DNA of 64,000 nt. Source: a virus. The stretch lies in the IMG/VR virus record IMGVR_UViG_3300032061_000001, positions 1 to 64,000 of that record. One strand, written 5' to 3'. Every line of letters starts with the position of its first letter. The stretch's first letter is position 1. The notes under the pieces were generated by a model. That model saw only the letters and a list, made by a program, of their open reading frames with translations, made no database searches and had not been told where the DNA came from. Below, piece by piece: positions 46,266 through 57,254 of the stretch. A program made the translations under genes and the position numbers.

Positions 46266-47824
46266 TAAATATTCCTGTCTTTAGCGCTAATCATATATCG
46301 TTTGCGTTCAAATCCGCGATCCCATTCAATGACAGTCGTAGGATTTTCAGGATCAAGATACCAGGTAATTTGATTGACGTTGATCCAGAAACTATCTTCC
46401 TCTTGATTCCTGACAATCCGGTAATCATCCGCAATAGTCACATGTAAGTTTGTTTGGAAAGTGTCCTGTCCATTGCTTGCATTCTGAATATTGCGATACA
46501 TTGAAGCGGCATATTCAGAATATTCAGAAAGGAATTTACCGATATTGGTATAATTTGCATCTTCGGTATCGAACCGATTATCCTTTATTGTTTTACTGAA
46601 TGCTTCCTGATCCATATATTGGGGGATAAAAGGAAGCTTGAGAGTAATTGGTTTATAGCCATGCCGAATAATTGAATTAAGATCAAGAATATTCTTTGCA
46701 CTATTTTCGTCATATCGCGTTTGAGCTATGACCATTGCCGGGACATTATCTTTGATATCCATTGTGGCCGGATATAGATAGATAGCGTTTACAACATCAT
46801 CATTCGTGCGATTGATGTTTTCGCTAATCGGACCCTTATAAAACTTTTCAAACGCATAATCACTCCCCTGCGCTGCCGGACTCTTTTTTGTTGATGAAAA
46901 TATTTGTGCCGGATTGGTATAAATTGAAACTAAATTCTGTGGATACCCGGCATATTCTCTCATACATAATTCGCCTGTATAGTCTCTCCATCTACTATTT
47001 CTCCATCTAAATATAGATCCATAAGATGTTTCGGTGAGAAACATCTCACAAAAAGGGCTTCCCTGATATTGTTTCAATATATCGAGAATACTTCCTTCCA
47101 TCTCTGAAAGCTTGTCCGGGATAAAGATGTCATTCTTTTCAACTTGCGATTCCGTAATATAAGAGATCGGTTTTATTGCTTTTGAGTTGTCATACCAGTC
47201 TTTCTTTAATAGATTTATTCTGACGTTTCCTATCTTATTGATAAGTGTTTCCAGCAATTCGGATGGTTTTTTAATTCGTTCAATTTGTAGGTCATCCCAT
47301 TTATTTGTTAGATTGCCACCCTGAAGCCAACCATAACGTGTTTTAATTGGGTCAAAAAAATTAGTTGGGGCTTGCCCTCTTGCAATGATTAGTGGATGCA
47401 AATAATAGATTGCATTATCTCCTAATACCCATCCGCAAGCATTTTCAAGCATTAATGTGACTCGTTTTTGATTACCCTGCTCACTTAAGGAAACGTGGTT
47501 TAGCACTCCCCTGAAGAAGCACCATTCATCATTACTATCCGCCGTATCCCAGATTTCAAAATAGTCATTCGTCTGAAAAACATATTTAGTTAATTCTCCA
47601 AAACAATGCCATTTAAAAATTAGGGATGCCGTACTGGCTATTGTCGCTTTTGTAGTGACACATTGCCCATTAATTAGACTAGGATCCTCAATCGATATTT
47701 TATAAGTTCCACGAAATTGTTCATCAGTCCCTTTCGTAGTTTCGAATTTTATATCATTGATAGGGATCCTCCCTATTTCTCTTACATCTGGTGTAAAATA
47801 TACAACTATTTTTGATGCTGGCAT
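46265..47824 (-). CDS. baseplate hub protein
   Basis: Between tape measure and spike; PFCEMFL motif. Confidence 0.6.
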   Translation of the reverse strand: MPASKIVVYFTPDVREIGRIPINDIKFETTKGTDEQFRGTYKISIEDPSLINGQCVTTKATIASTASLIFKWHCFGELTKYVFQTNDYFEIWDTADSNDEWCFFRGVLNHVSLSEQGNQKRVTLMLENACGWVLGDNAIYYLHPLIIARGQAPTNFFDPIKTRYGWLQGGNLTNKWDDLQIERIKKPSELLETLINKIGNVRINLLKKDWYDNSKAIKPISYITESQVEKNDIFIPDKLSEMEGSILDILKQYQGSPFCEMFLTETSYGSIFRWRNSRWRDYTGELCMREYAGYPQNLVSIYTNPAQIFSSTKKSPAAQGSDYAFEKFYKGPISENINRTNDDVVNAIYLYPATMDIKDNVPAMVIAQTRYDENSAKNILDLNSIIRHGYKPITLKLPFIPQYMDQEAFSKTIKDNRFDTEDANYTNIGKFLSEYSEYAASMYRNIQNASNGQDTFQTNLHVTIADDYRIVRNQEEDSFWINVNQITWYLDPENPTTVIEWDRGFERKRYMISAKDRNI

Positions 47825-47832
47825 AGATATGA

Positions 47833-49977
47833 TTAATGTGGTTTTAACGCGATCGTTCCGGATTCAGGGGGGAAATTGAACTGTATATCTTCAAATCCTT
47901 TCTTGATTGCTTCTACGATTGGAGCCAACAAACCAAATTTTGGATCTAGCCCTGGAATAGTTGGAATTTTCCTATCATCAGGGAAATCAGAGGCAGTTCT
48001 ATTAGCGTCATAATATTTGGATGAATATGGTGAAATTCCAGAAATTTCTTCATGGAATTTCATTTTCCCCATTGGGAGTATAAAATCCAGTAATTTATTG
48101 CCGGTTGTCCATTTATTAAAAGATTTTGATGATCCCGCCATTTCATAATCTTTCGCCGATAATCCCATTCCCAAATCCTTGAGGCTCGAAATTGCGATAT
48201 TCTTCTTTTGTTCTGGGGACCCCCAATTTGATAATACTACTTTTGCCATTTCAGGCAACCACTCCTTTAGCATTTCCGCTGCAGGACCAATAATATCGGT
48301 AATAACGGGCTTTATTTTATCAATTGCGTCACGAATTCCTTGCGCAATGGAAATCATGGATTCCTGATTTTTTGATCTGGCTTCAAAAAATTGGTCCAGC
48401 CCCTTTTGCCCTCCCGATTTATATGATTCATATGCACTGGCATATTCACCTGCACCAAGTTTTCCGCTTTTTGCTCTTGCCATGAAGTTCCTATCCTTAA
48501 TTGCTTCTCCGATTACACCAATATCAGTTGGAGAAACCCCCATGGACCGTGCCATTTGCATTTGCATGAAAAATTTCCTGCCACTATTTTCGCCAGCTCC
48601 GAAACTTCCGGAATATACATCAAATAGCCTTTCAATGTTCATTTTGTTCATACCGCCATTACCGCCATACATCTTATTAATATAAGCTTCAGAGCCCTTA
48701 TCGGACACGCCCATTCCTTTCATGGCTTTCATTAAATCTTGGGGGGTCGCGAATGCTCCCAATTCTTTCATCATATCGGCCATCAGTTGATCATAAGCAC
48801 CCGATCCCCAATTGGTTTTACCTCCCTTTCCACCAATTCCTGCTAATCTAGCATTTCTGGATTGAAAAGCAGGATTAAGAGCTAGTGTCTGCATATATTG
48901 AAAGCTCTCATCCCCCCCGCTTCTAAATGCCTGATCGATTCTTAATGCAGCATTTGACCCACCGGACCCCCAATAAGTTCTATTTTTAGATGAATTCAGA
49001 GTATCCAAGAGATTAAAAATACCAAAGGCACCGACCCCTTGGGTGCCGTGTGTTGCTCCTGATAAAACTTGAGACATGGCCTGTAAAGATTCTGAAGATC
49101 GATACATTATGTTTTGATTAAACATCAGCATTTTAATCATATCGGAATTGCCACCGCCTAAACCTTTTATATTTCCATGCTGGATAGCTCCTGATAATAG
49201 TTCGTCAATAATGCCGGTATCAACTCCAAGACTTTTGCCGATATTTGCAATACTGACAAGACCCTTGGCTCCTCCTTTGGAAAAATCTGCCAAGTCTTTG
49301 GCCGTATTTAAAAGAGGGAGCATGTCTTTTGACGTCATGTATGCCGTTTGTCCCAATTCTTCTATGATCTTTTGGACCTCAAAAAATGGTTTCTTCGTCG
49401 AGTAATCCATCCCTTGTCTATTACGGGTAGAAGATAAAGCAGTTGCATAGGAAAGATTTCGTTCGTCAACCCCTCCAAGCTCACTTCCGACATTGGAAAA
49501 AATTGAATAAACGCCAGCAAGACCTAAAACCGCCCCCCCATATCTAGCAGCCTTCCTGCCAACAAATCTTCCTGTCCTGCCAAGCCTGGAACTAATATCT
49601 CCCATTAAATCCTGCCGTTCTCTTCTCGCATCCAACGCATCTCTATTTTCGCGTTGTAAAACATCTCGTTGTAAATTTGTTATTTCGAGATCCTTTTGCA
49701 TCTTCTTAAAACTTTCATTCGGCTGATTCCCGGTAATCGCCATGTCTAATTTAGAGGATGCTATTTTGCGTTCTAAATCTCTTCCTTTTTGATCAAGATC
49801 CGCCATTTTACGATCAAAAGCCTGCCTATCAGCTGCCATCTGCATAGGGGAATGTCTTTGCATCGCCTGATATGCCTGCTTCGATTTTTGGATAAGATTT
49901 TGATACCCATTCTCAATAGTCTTTAATCCAGTTACATCACCTGTTTGAGCATTTAACTTAATATTTACATCTGTCAT
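47833..49977 (-). CDS. tape measure protein
   Basis: Long helical Gly/Ala/Met-rich ORF after the chaperones. Confidence 0.75.
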   Translation of the reverse strand: MTDVNIKLNAQTGDVTGLKTIENGYQNLIQKSKQAYQAMQRHSPMQMAADRQAFDRKMADLDQKGRDLERKIASSKLDMAITGNQPNESFKKMQKDLEITNLQRDVLQRENRDALDARRERQDLMGDISSRLGRTGRFVGRKAARYGGAVLGLAGVYSIFSNVGSELGGVDERNLSYATALSSTRNRQGMDYSTKKPFFEVQKIIEELGQTAYMTSKDMLPLLNTAKDLADFSKGGAKGLVSIANIGKSLGVDTGIIDELLSGAIQHGNIKGLGGGNSDMIKMLMFNQNIMYRSSESLQAMSQVLSGATHGTQGVGAFGIFNLLDTLNSSKNRTYWGSGGSNAALRIDQAFRSGGDESFQYMQTLALNPAFQSRNARLAGIGGKGGKTNWGSGAYDQLMADMMKELGAFATPQDLMKAMKGMGVSDKGSEAYINKMYGGNGGMNKMNIERLFDVYSGSFGAGENSGRKFFMQMQMARSMGVSPTDIGVIGEAIKDRNFMARAKSGKLGAGEYASAYESYKSGGQKGLDQFFEARSKNQESMISIAQGIRDAIDKIKPVITDIIGPAAEMLKEWLPEMAKVVLSNWGSPEQKKNIAISSLKDLGMGLSAKDYEMAGSSKSFNKWTTGNKLLDFILPMGKMKFHEEISGISPYSSKYYDANRTASDFPDDRKIPTIPGLDPKFGLLAPIVEAIKKGFEDIQFNFPPESGTIALKPH

Positions 49978-49991
49978 ATTTGGTCCGAAAT

Positions 49992-50030
49992 AAAAAAAGC
50001 CTAAATATCAGCATAACTAATATCTAGGCT
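49992..50030 (-). terminator. intrinsic terminator before the tape measure gene
   Basis: AGCCTAGATATTAG-TTATG-CTGATATTTAGGCT-T6. Confidence 0.7.
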
Positions 50031-50089
50031 CAAATCTGTTATGTGATGTCAACAGATTATCAATCCAATCCAATAAAGTAAAAGGCATA

Positions 50090-50742
50090 TTATTTCTTCT
50101 GCCATTTTTCGGGATTATCAAAGTCAGGAATGCCGGTAGCCTGTTTGTTATCCGGAAAAGGAGACGAATCCGAAACCGGATCAACTACCGGCATTCCCTT
50201 TAGTTCTTTTAGACATTCATCATGATAATCAACCAATGCATTGTGATATTTTTTCTTTTCATCAATTGGTAATTTGGTAAATTTTTCATATGGTATCGTT
50301 AGCTTTATCCATTCATCATATTTACCGATTCCCCGCAAAACATTAAGATAATGGGAAACGCGAATAATAATGAAATTTGTAACTGCTTGTTCGCTAATCT
50401 CCCTAGCCTTATCGCTCATTTTCCCGGTGACGGCCGAGAATAGTAACTCTTTTTGCTCTTGTATATTTAGAGAATTGAACTTTTTTGACTTCTCAAAAAG
50501 AACTTCTCCCGGGTATTTATCAGCCAATTCTTTAGGACTTATAGATTCATCTCCGGGATCTAATCCCTCCGATAAATTATGCAATTTTGTATTTGCTATC
50601 CTGGTATGATGCCATAATTCGATATCATAATCCGTGGCCGCTAAATATTCAGGGCTGTGAACTGTCAATCCAAAATGGTCGCAATATTGCCATCTGATCG
50701 AAAAGACATTATCAATCGATTGTTCTATGATACTTTTTTTTT
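50090..50742 (-). CDS. tail assembly chaperone frameshift extension (gpT-like)
   Basis: Lies in the -1 frame relative to 50725..51222, entered at the A9 run. Confidence 0.65.
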
Positions 50743-51222
50743 CCGGTCCATGAATTCGACCTCGCACCATTGGATTTGATATCCGAGGTTGAATTGTTCG
50801 ACATCGTTTAGATTTTCGATATTGAAATCCTTGGGGGCCTCATCTAACAAAACAGCTGTATGTGTCAGAACTTTCGCCGTCACAATCAAATCAAGGTCCT
50901 TACTGTCCATGATCTCATCCGTCGAAAATCGTAACCCCGTCTTTGGAATAGTTGTGACCCTTGAAAGAAGCAATTTTATTTTTACTTTGTCTTCGATATT
51001 CGGAATTCTGAAGATAAACCGATCGCCATTAAAGACGAATGAATATCGTCTCTCGTCCTCTTCTCTGAAATCCCATTCTTTGTATTTTTCCTGCAGAAAT
51101 TCTTTGAACTTTTTCTCGGCCTCTGCTTTCTCTTTTTCTTCTTGCTCAACCTTTTGTTTTTCTATTTCTGCCGGGGATAGTTCCTTTGTTTCTTGGGTAG
51201 GTTCGGTTGGTGCGGTTTCCAT
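50725..51222 (-). CDS. tail assembly chaperone (gpG-like)
   Basis: Between tube and tape measure; ends CGG AAA AAA AAA GTA TCA TAG. Confidence 0.7.
   Translation of the reverse strand: METAPTEPTQETKELSPAEIEKQKVEQEEKEKAEAEKKFKEFLQEKYKEWDFREEDERRYSFVFNGDRFIFRIPNIEDKVKIKLLLSRVTTIPKTGLRFSTDEIMDSKDLDLIVTAKVLTHTAVLLDEAPKDFNIENLNDVEQFNLGYQIQWCEVEFMDRKKKVS
50734..50742 (-). other. programmed -1 frameshift slippery site A AAA AAA
   Basis: A9 run joins the two chaperone frames. Confidence 0.7.
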
Positions 51223-51264
51223 GCTTTTCGTCTCCTTATTTTTTGTGTAAATCTTGTGTAAATA

Positions 51265-51819
51265 TTATACGGCAAGCTTATTAAAGTCTTTCAATACATC
51301 CCAATCCCGTTCCATGATTGTTCCTACAGCCGTGAAGGCATCTTTTAACATGGCATTGGGGTTTACGGTAATGCTTGATCCGGTATTAACGCAATTGCGA
51401 ACAGTAATGAATGGTTCGGTCTGGATGTCAGCCGGATCAGATTTTGTCCGATCAATCATGATGATATCAATGTCGAATACCCGATTGATATTAGCAATAA
51501 TATCAGCTTCATTTTTGGGATAAAATCCACTGTCCTTCAGGGACATTGCCACATTTAATGTGATCTGTCCACTGATATTGACGGTGACCCCGTTGACATC
51601 AAATCCGACCGGGGCAATTGATCCGACCATATAGATTGGTGAGCGGTTAACAGATTGGCTGATTGTCAGGTTTTCGAGAAGAAAGATTGGGACGCTTCCT
51701 AATTTTATAACAGCCGCACTAGCATGTAAGTATCGCAAGTCCCCGGCTTCGTCTGCCCCCTGAAAAGCATCTTGAATATTTTGTGGGGGAGAATAAAGTT
51801 TTTGTGTATAATCTGCCAT
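51265..51819 (-). CDS. tail tube protein
   Basis: PIYMVGSIAP..FDIDI; follows the sheath. Confidence 0.8.
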   Translation of the reverse strand: MADYTQKLYSPPQNIQDAFQGADEAGDLRYLHASAAVIKLGSVPIFLLENLTISQSVNRSPIYMVGSIAPVGFDVNGVTVNISGQITLNVAMSLKDSGFYPKNEADIIANINRVFDIDIIMIDRTKSDPADIQTEPFITVRNCVNTGSSITVNPNAMLKDAFTAVGTIMERDWDVLKDFNKLAV

Positions 51820-51835
51820 TTTTACCTGCTAGATT

Positions 51836-53572
51836 TTAGGTGTTTAGAAATTCAGTGGTACCAAACCCGAATTCAGGAATTGCAGGAACGACCAAATTGT
51901 GAACAGTATAATCGAATGTGATCCCCGAGGTAGAAAATTCAATATCACCCCAATCAGTGACCCAATAAACTGATTTATTAGCCTGCGATTCCAGCACTCT
52001 TCTAATATAAGTCTTTCCTTCAGCATTAAAAGGAGCCACACCACTTTGCTGAAATCCAGACATCCAGCTCTCAAGCTTTCTGGCGATATCATTATCAGAA
52101 AGCATCGCACAACGAACGCGAGAAGGAACTGTCATCATTGGTTCAATAGATGACTTTTTGGTCGTAAAAAATTGCCGTATTCGGGTAGTGGTATCTGTAA
52201 TTGCGAAGATAACGGATGCCTGATGCAGTTTTTTACGGTCAGCTTCACTATAAGAAGTGGATGCCTTAATTGCCGTTACTGTTTGGTTAGTCAATACACG
52301 ACTTGCCAGGCCACCCAAGAACATGGATGCAGCTCTTACCGCAAAATAACATGGCAATTGAGAACGCTCTATTCCCTGTTGATTAATGGCATCCAGACCA
52401 TCACCAAAGAATTGAGAATATTCCGAATCATGAGTATTTGAGATCGTCACAATTGCATCGGCATCTGACGGTTTGGCAATAAACCCTCCATTCCATCCAT
52501 AACCACCATGGGCTGAAATAAATGATTGCCTCCTCTTGCCACGCTTATCCGGTTGATTCATTTTGACAGCATGTTGCTCATCCAGAACCATAATAGCGGC
52601 TGTTAAAGTAGCATCATAGGGAGCGGGGATACCATCTGCGATTGGACAGGTGACTGCAAGAAACTGTTTTTCGAGTTCGTCATAAACCTTACCCCATTGG
52701 GTCGCATCAGGATCAACTCCGGAAGTTCCGCCAGCGAGATAAAATTCGAAATCCTCCACCATGACTGTCGCGGTCGCGGCCAATGTTGCATCGACGTCAA
52801 CGATTTCTTTATCCAGAAAATCATAAAGTTGTTTCAGGTCCGCTTTGAGTATAAGTCCGGCTGTAATAGCATTCTCGCCAACCAAATGGTCGAATAATCC
52901 TAACGTCGATTGGTTATCAGAAGTGGTTACATCTTTTACAATGGTGATCGTGTCATCACCATTTTCAATAGCGTTGATTAGGTCTATCAGCTTCGGATAA
53001 TCACTGAATTTATAGTCAACCAATGCTCCGGTTAAACCGACCGATATTGTCGTCGCGGTAATTGTGACGAATCCAGAAGCCATCGTAATGGTCATAATCG
53101 GGTTATCAATCGTTTTTGTATATGTATCGGGGGACCATGGGAATGTTACAGTTGCGAGTTTCGATGCTAGACTTACTTTAATGCCGTTACCAGCCGGGCC
53201 ATAGATTTTACTACCTAATGTTATTGCTGATACTCCTCCGAGCGCTGTTGTTTTAATGATTCCAGTTGCCTGAACTAATGCGCGGGGATTAAAAAACCTG
53301 ACATCTTGGGCAGGAGAAAGAGATGGGGATGGATTAAATGCCCCATATGCTGCCTCAACCACTGGCCCCTGGTCACCAAATACTTTCTGGACTTCGGAAA
53401 CATTTGTCGCCGCGACATATTCTCCAAATGCAGGTCCGTTAATGCCCTCAGCAATAATCATTAGCGCATTGACGCCAGATGGATTCGGGTTTGCATTTCC
53501 TACCGTTACGACTTTGGAATATACGCCAGGATCGAAAATGTCTTTTCCATAAAAACTATAAATCTGAGCCAT
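51836..53572 (-). CDS. tail sheath protein (Twort/SPO1-like)
   Basis: FxGK..PGVYS, IIAEG..G, SKIYG..GNGIKV, YLAGGTSG; start revised to MAQIY. Confidence 0.88.
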   Translation of the reverse strand: MAQIYSFYGKDIFDPGVYSKVVTVGNANPNPSGVNALMIIAEGINGPAFGEYVAATNVSEVQKVFGDQGPVVEAAYGAFNPSPSLSPAQDVRFFNPRALVQATGIIKTTALGGVSAITLGSKIYGPAGNGIKVSLASKLATVTFPWSPDTYTKTIDNPIMTITMASGFVTITATTISVGLTGALVDYKFSDYPKLIDLINAIENGDDTITIVKDVTTSDNQSTLGLFDHLVGENAITAGLILKADLKQLYDFLDKEIVDVDATLAATATVMVEDFEFYLAGGTSGVDPDATQWGKVYDELEKQFLAVTCPIADGIPAPYDATLTAAIMVLDEQHAVKMNQPDKRGKRRQSFISAHGGYGWNGGFIAKPSDADAIVTISNTHDSEYSQFFGDGLDAINQQGIERSQLPCYFAVRAASMFLGGLASRVLTNQTVTAIKASTSYSEADRKKLHQASVIFAITDTTTRIRQFFTTKKSSIEPMMTVPSRVRCAMLSDNDIARKLESWMSGFQQSGVAPFNAEGKTYIRRVLESQANKSVYWVTDWGDIEFSTSGITFDYTVHNLVVPAIPEFGFGTTEFLNT

Positions 53573-53832
53573 TATTTTCTCCTGAAGGTTGTATCCCAAA
53601 CTTTACGATAATTTTCTTCGGTGTCAACGGGAGGAACAACTTTTGGGAAAGCGGTAAATACCCCCGCATGTATATCAATTCCCCTCAATTCCTCTTTTAT
53701 TTTTTTGATAAAGATTCTGGATGAAATCTTTGGGGGCTCTTGTTTGGATACTTTTTTTTCCTCACCTGTCCCAAAGAATTCTTTTACATCTCCAATTACT
53801 TCATCAACTTTTGTAGTCGTTTGTTTTGCCAT
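53572..53832 (-). CDS. small virion-associated protein
   Basis: Directly precedes the sheath gene, as in Herelleviridae-like layouts. Confidence 0.5.
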   Translation of the reverse strand: MAKQTTTKVDEVIGDVKEFFGTGEEKKVSKQEPPKISSRIFIKKIKEELRGIDIHAGVFTAFPKVVPPVDTEENYRKVWDTTFRRK

Positions 53833-53839
53833 TTTTTTC

Positions 53840-54427
53840 TCAACGTGGTGTTACAATTCCACTTCGATAAGATTCATAATTGATAGTCGTCGTTCTGATT
53901 GCTATTCCGTTCTGTCTTGATAATTGTTCATCAGCGGTATATGGTGTTTCTGCAACGGTTGGGCTATCGAGAAAATTCATGATAAAAAATTGTCTCCCCG
54001 CTAATAATAAAGAGGTGACTAAAGTCTGAAAGATGCTCACTTCTGCCATATTTTGAGTGTGCCCTTTTGTCAGACCTGTAATTGCCAATTGCGTTGCTGA
54101 TTTCCCATTGTATATGTTGTCACCGATTGTAGATGTAGTCTGTTGCCAGCCACCTTCAATAAAATATATAGTCCCCGGCTGTATGGTTTCTTTGTCATTA
54201 ATCGGGTACCCAGTACCAAATTTAACAGGATGTAGAATTACTCTTTTAAGAACCTCTACTTCATCATCTGAATATTCCGGTCGTCCCTGAAGATCAACAA
54301 ATTGGCTAATGAACATGGGGAAATTATCTTCGGTTAATGGCGGTCTCTTAGTAATGCCAAGGGACTCAACCTTTTCAGGTTTTAACCACGCCATTAACCA
54401 ATTTTTGATGATAACTTCCGCTTTCAT
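53840..54427 (-). CDS. putative tail terminator / completion protein
   Basis: Position between capsid and sheath; GYP motif. Confidence 0.5.
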   Translation of the reverse strand: MKAEVIIKNWLMAWLKPEKVESLGITKRPPLTEDNFPMFISQFVDLQGRPEYSDDEVEVLKRVILHPVKFGTGYPINDKETIQPGTIYFIEGGWQQTTSTIGDNIYNGKSATQLAITGLTKGHTQNMAEVSIFQTLVTSLLLAGRQFFIMNFLDSPTVAETPYTADEQLSRQNGIAIRTTTINYESYRSGIVTPR

Positions 54428-54441
54428 TAGTCAATTATCAA

Positions 54442-56367
54442 TTAAAGACTGAATCCGGGAACGTTACGAACAATAAAATTACGTTGTGGTGCCCAGACTG
54501 CCAGACCTGCTATATCTACAATTGCCCATTGGCGAGTCGTCCCATAATTGATGTCATACAGCGGGACTTCAAATGCCGGTGTCAATGAGATGTGCGCAAT
54601 ATCCAGCGGGTTGTTTGAAATGAAAAACATATCCGAAGTTCCAGGAATTTTCTGGTTGTAGTCGGTATATACAGTATCATCGGTTCCATTGATCGGAACT
54701 TTGGCAATACATTTTAATGCTGAATCAGCGGTTTCCCCGGCATTTCCACGATAGATCAGAAAATATCTGGCGGGAGAGACAGTATAACCACCGACCGTGC
54801 CACCAGCGAATGCAGCATCATAGGGGATGGTAATATCGACTACTTCAGTCGCGCCGACTGGATCTGGGGTAGTACCTTCAGATGTTGTCACAAGAGAATC
54901 TGAAACATCACTCTCACCGTGATCGTTTACAACTGATACTCGATATGTATAAGATCCTACCGGAGTATTCTTTGCTTCATCCACAGTTGCCCTAGCAATT
55001 GCTGTCACATCGGTGGCGGCAAGAGGCCAGGTTATCGCATTTTTGGAAACATCTGCGGCCGGTGTCCATGTGTCATTGGCGGTCAAATTGATTGTTTTTG
55101 AACGCTTGAACATGAACGTTCCAAGATCAGTCACGAACCCGGAAAAGTTCTGACCATAATAGAGGGCCGCTTGTTCATATTTTTCGATCATAACCCGTTG
55201 TTTACCATCAACAACAGTGCTGATATTGTTGGCAACGCCGTAATCCATCAACACGGAATATTTACCGGTGATGACACCCCCGGGAATATGACCGTTGACA
55301 ATCAGTTTCTCGGCTACTTCACGGAAGATGTTCAGAGGATCAGCTGAATCGCTGAACGCTACCCCATTCCAATCAATAACATGATCCGGATAACCAGTTG
55401 TGGCATCCAGCATTTGGTTTAACATGCCCTGGACTTCAAGAACAGTTGTGCCGTCTTTATTAATCAGGGAATCTCCATAAAGAAGATTGTGGTTCTTCCC
55501 TAGGTTGAATTCCAGAATGCGAAGTTCTCGTTCCAATGCCAGCGGGTTAAGATTGATCAATTTCTGCTTATTGGCCAGCAACATTTCAGTTACAGCGCAT
55601 CGAATACCACGCTGTACCAATGTATTTGTCAACCGGTCCATCAATTGACCACCACCATATACCGGAGTTTTACCTTCCCCGAATCCCATGGTATGCTTTC
55701 CATAACCGACACCATAAGTTTTTAACCGGGGGACTTCAGGTACGATATTTGGCGTTATCGCCGTGGGTATCGATTGTAGTGCGGTTGCGTCATCATTCGA
55801 CAACATGATACGCTGAATTTTTTGGGATAGGTTTTCCTCTAAGAAATTGTAAAATGCTCCGGGATCTCCGGGAGCTGCAGATGTTCCCAAAATGGATTTT
55901 GCCATATCGGCATATTGCTGATATTCACCATCCGTCCAGGATTTCATTAATTTCTTATACTTCGGGTCTTCCGGGTTCTTCTGTTGTTGCATTTGCTCTG
56001 CGGATAGCAGAGATTTCATCATGCTGCCAATTGCTGGCTGCAGGGACCCGGGTCCATATTTGGCATTGTAAAGGCTTTCGCTCGCTAAACCGAGATGAAT
56101 TCTCAAAGCTTCATCGAGAGATTTCCCGGGATAACTTTCTTCAAGAAGATCGTCAAATGATTTCACAAATGGTTCTACCGGCCCCAAAAAGTTAGGGGGA
56201 AGTTCCGCTTTTCGCTGATTAGCTTCCAGAACGCTAATTTTATTTTCCATTCGGGCTGTCTTTAGTCTAACAGCCTCGTCAATCGACTTTTTCAGCAAGG
56301 TCATGTTCTTTTCTAATTGAACATCCATGCTTTCTGTAGTCGGTTTTCCATCTAATTTATCAGCCAT
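54442..56367 (-). CDS. major capsid protein (Herelleviridae-like) with a long propeptide
   Basis: ENLS, LLYGDS..GML, inserted domain YTYRVSVVNDHGES..YFLIYRG..DYNQKIPGT, C-terminal LAVWAP..VRNV. Confidence 0.88.
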   Translation of the reverse strand: MADKLDGKPTTESMDVQLEKNMTLLKKSIDEAVRLKTARMENKISVLEANQRKAELPPNFLGPVEPFVKSFDDLLEESYPGKSLDEALRIHLGLASESLYNAKYGPGSLQPAIGSMMKSLLSAEQMQQQKNPEDPKYKKLMKSWTDGEYQQYADMAKSILGTSAAPGDPGAFYNFLEENLSQKIQRIMLSNDDATALQSIPTAITPNIVPEVPRLKTYGVGYGKHTMGFGEGKTPVYGGGQLMDRLTNTLVQRGIRCAVTEMLLANKQKLINLNPLALERELRILEFNLGKNHNLLYGDSLINKDGTTVLEVQGMLNQMLDATTGYPDHVIDWNGVAFSDSADPLNIFREVAEKLIVNGHIPGGVITGKYSVLMDYGVANNISTVVDGKQRVMIEKYEQAALYYGQNFSGFVTDLGTFMFKRSKTINLTANDTWTPAADVSKNAITWPLAATDVTAIARATVDEAKNTPVGSYTYRVSVVNDHGESDVSDSLVTTSEGTTPDPVGATEVVDITIPYDAAFAGGTVGGYTVSPARYFLIYRGNAGETADSALKCIAKVPINGTDDTVYTDYNQKIPGTSDMFFISNNPLDIAHISLTPAFEVPLYDINYGTTRQWAIVDIAGLAVWAPQRNFIVRNVPGFSL

Positions 56368-56411
56368 TTTTTTCCTGTGCTGTGAGAGTTAAAGAAAGCC
56401 CCGAAATGGTG

Positions 56412-57254
56412 CTAACTAAGAATATGGTTCCGAATCAGTTCCCCATCTTCTTCGTTCATCCGAGTAATTTGAGCCAACGCATCTTCGGGATCAAATTTAT
56501 TGATGATCTCGGAATATTCGTAATATTTTTTCAGCTGAGCCGCATCATTTCTGGACTTACTGAAAAAATTGCTTTTGATTGATTTTTGCAAGTCGCCGCG
56601 GACAAATCCTTTTGAAAGATTTGATTGCGTGTCCAGTTCGGATAATGGATCACTGGCGTCAAGAGTTGGAAGCTTTAATTCATCATCTCCTTTGGGAGGA
56701 TCGGCCTTATCCTTTTCCGTATCGCCTTCTTTTCCGTTTTCCTTGGTCATGGATTTTTGTAATTCGGCATGCATATCCGAAACTGATTTGGCGAGAGTTG
56801 CGATTGTCTGAAGGATGACAGCATCTTTTACGGCATTGCGCTCATTAGTTTCCTGGATTGAATACACAATCCCGGCCAGATATTTTTCACTCTGAGTTTC
56901 AGCTTCTTGGAGTGATTTCAGCATTTCGTCACTGATAAATCGATCACCATCCGGGGAAAACATTTCTTGAGGATTAACGCCGCATGCTTCCGTCAATTCT
57001 TTGATGAAGTCTTTCGCTTTTTCCAGATCTGCTCCGAATGATTTTGCCATTTCTGCAGCATCCACTTTGGAAAAATCGATTGGTTCTGTTTCCGGTTCTT
57101 GCTCCTCAACTTTCTTTTCGACATGTGATTTCAAAAGCTCGGTAACACCGGTCAATTGATCCCCAATTTTATCCAAACTTGATTTTTCTTTCCCGGCTTC
57201 CTCTGCGAGTTTTGCCGCTTTATCTTTTTCTTCTTGTGTCAGCTCTGCGCCCAT
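56412..57254 (-). CDS. capsid scaffolding protein
   Basis: Acidic helical ORF between protease and capsid with repeated hydrophobic-x-KS motifs. Confidence 0.7.
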   Translation of the reverse strand: MGAELTQEEKDKAAKLAEEAGKEKSSLDKIGDQLTGVTELLKSHVEKKVEEQEPETEPIDFSKVDAAEMAKSFGADLEKAKDFIKELTEACGVNPQEMFSPDGDRFISDEMLKSLQEAETQSEKYLAGIVYSIQETNERNAVKDAVILQTIATLAKSVSDMHAELQKSMTKENGKEGDTEKDKADPPKGDDELKLPTLDASDPLSELDTQSNLSKGFVRGDLQKSIKSNFFSKSRNDAAQLKKYYEYSEIINKFDPEDALAQITRMNEEDGELIRNHILS

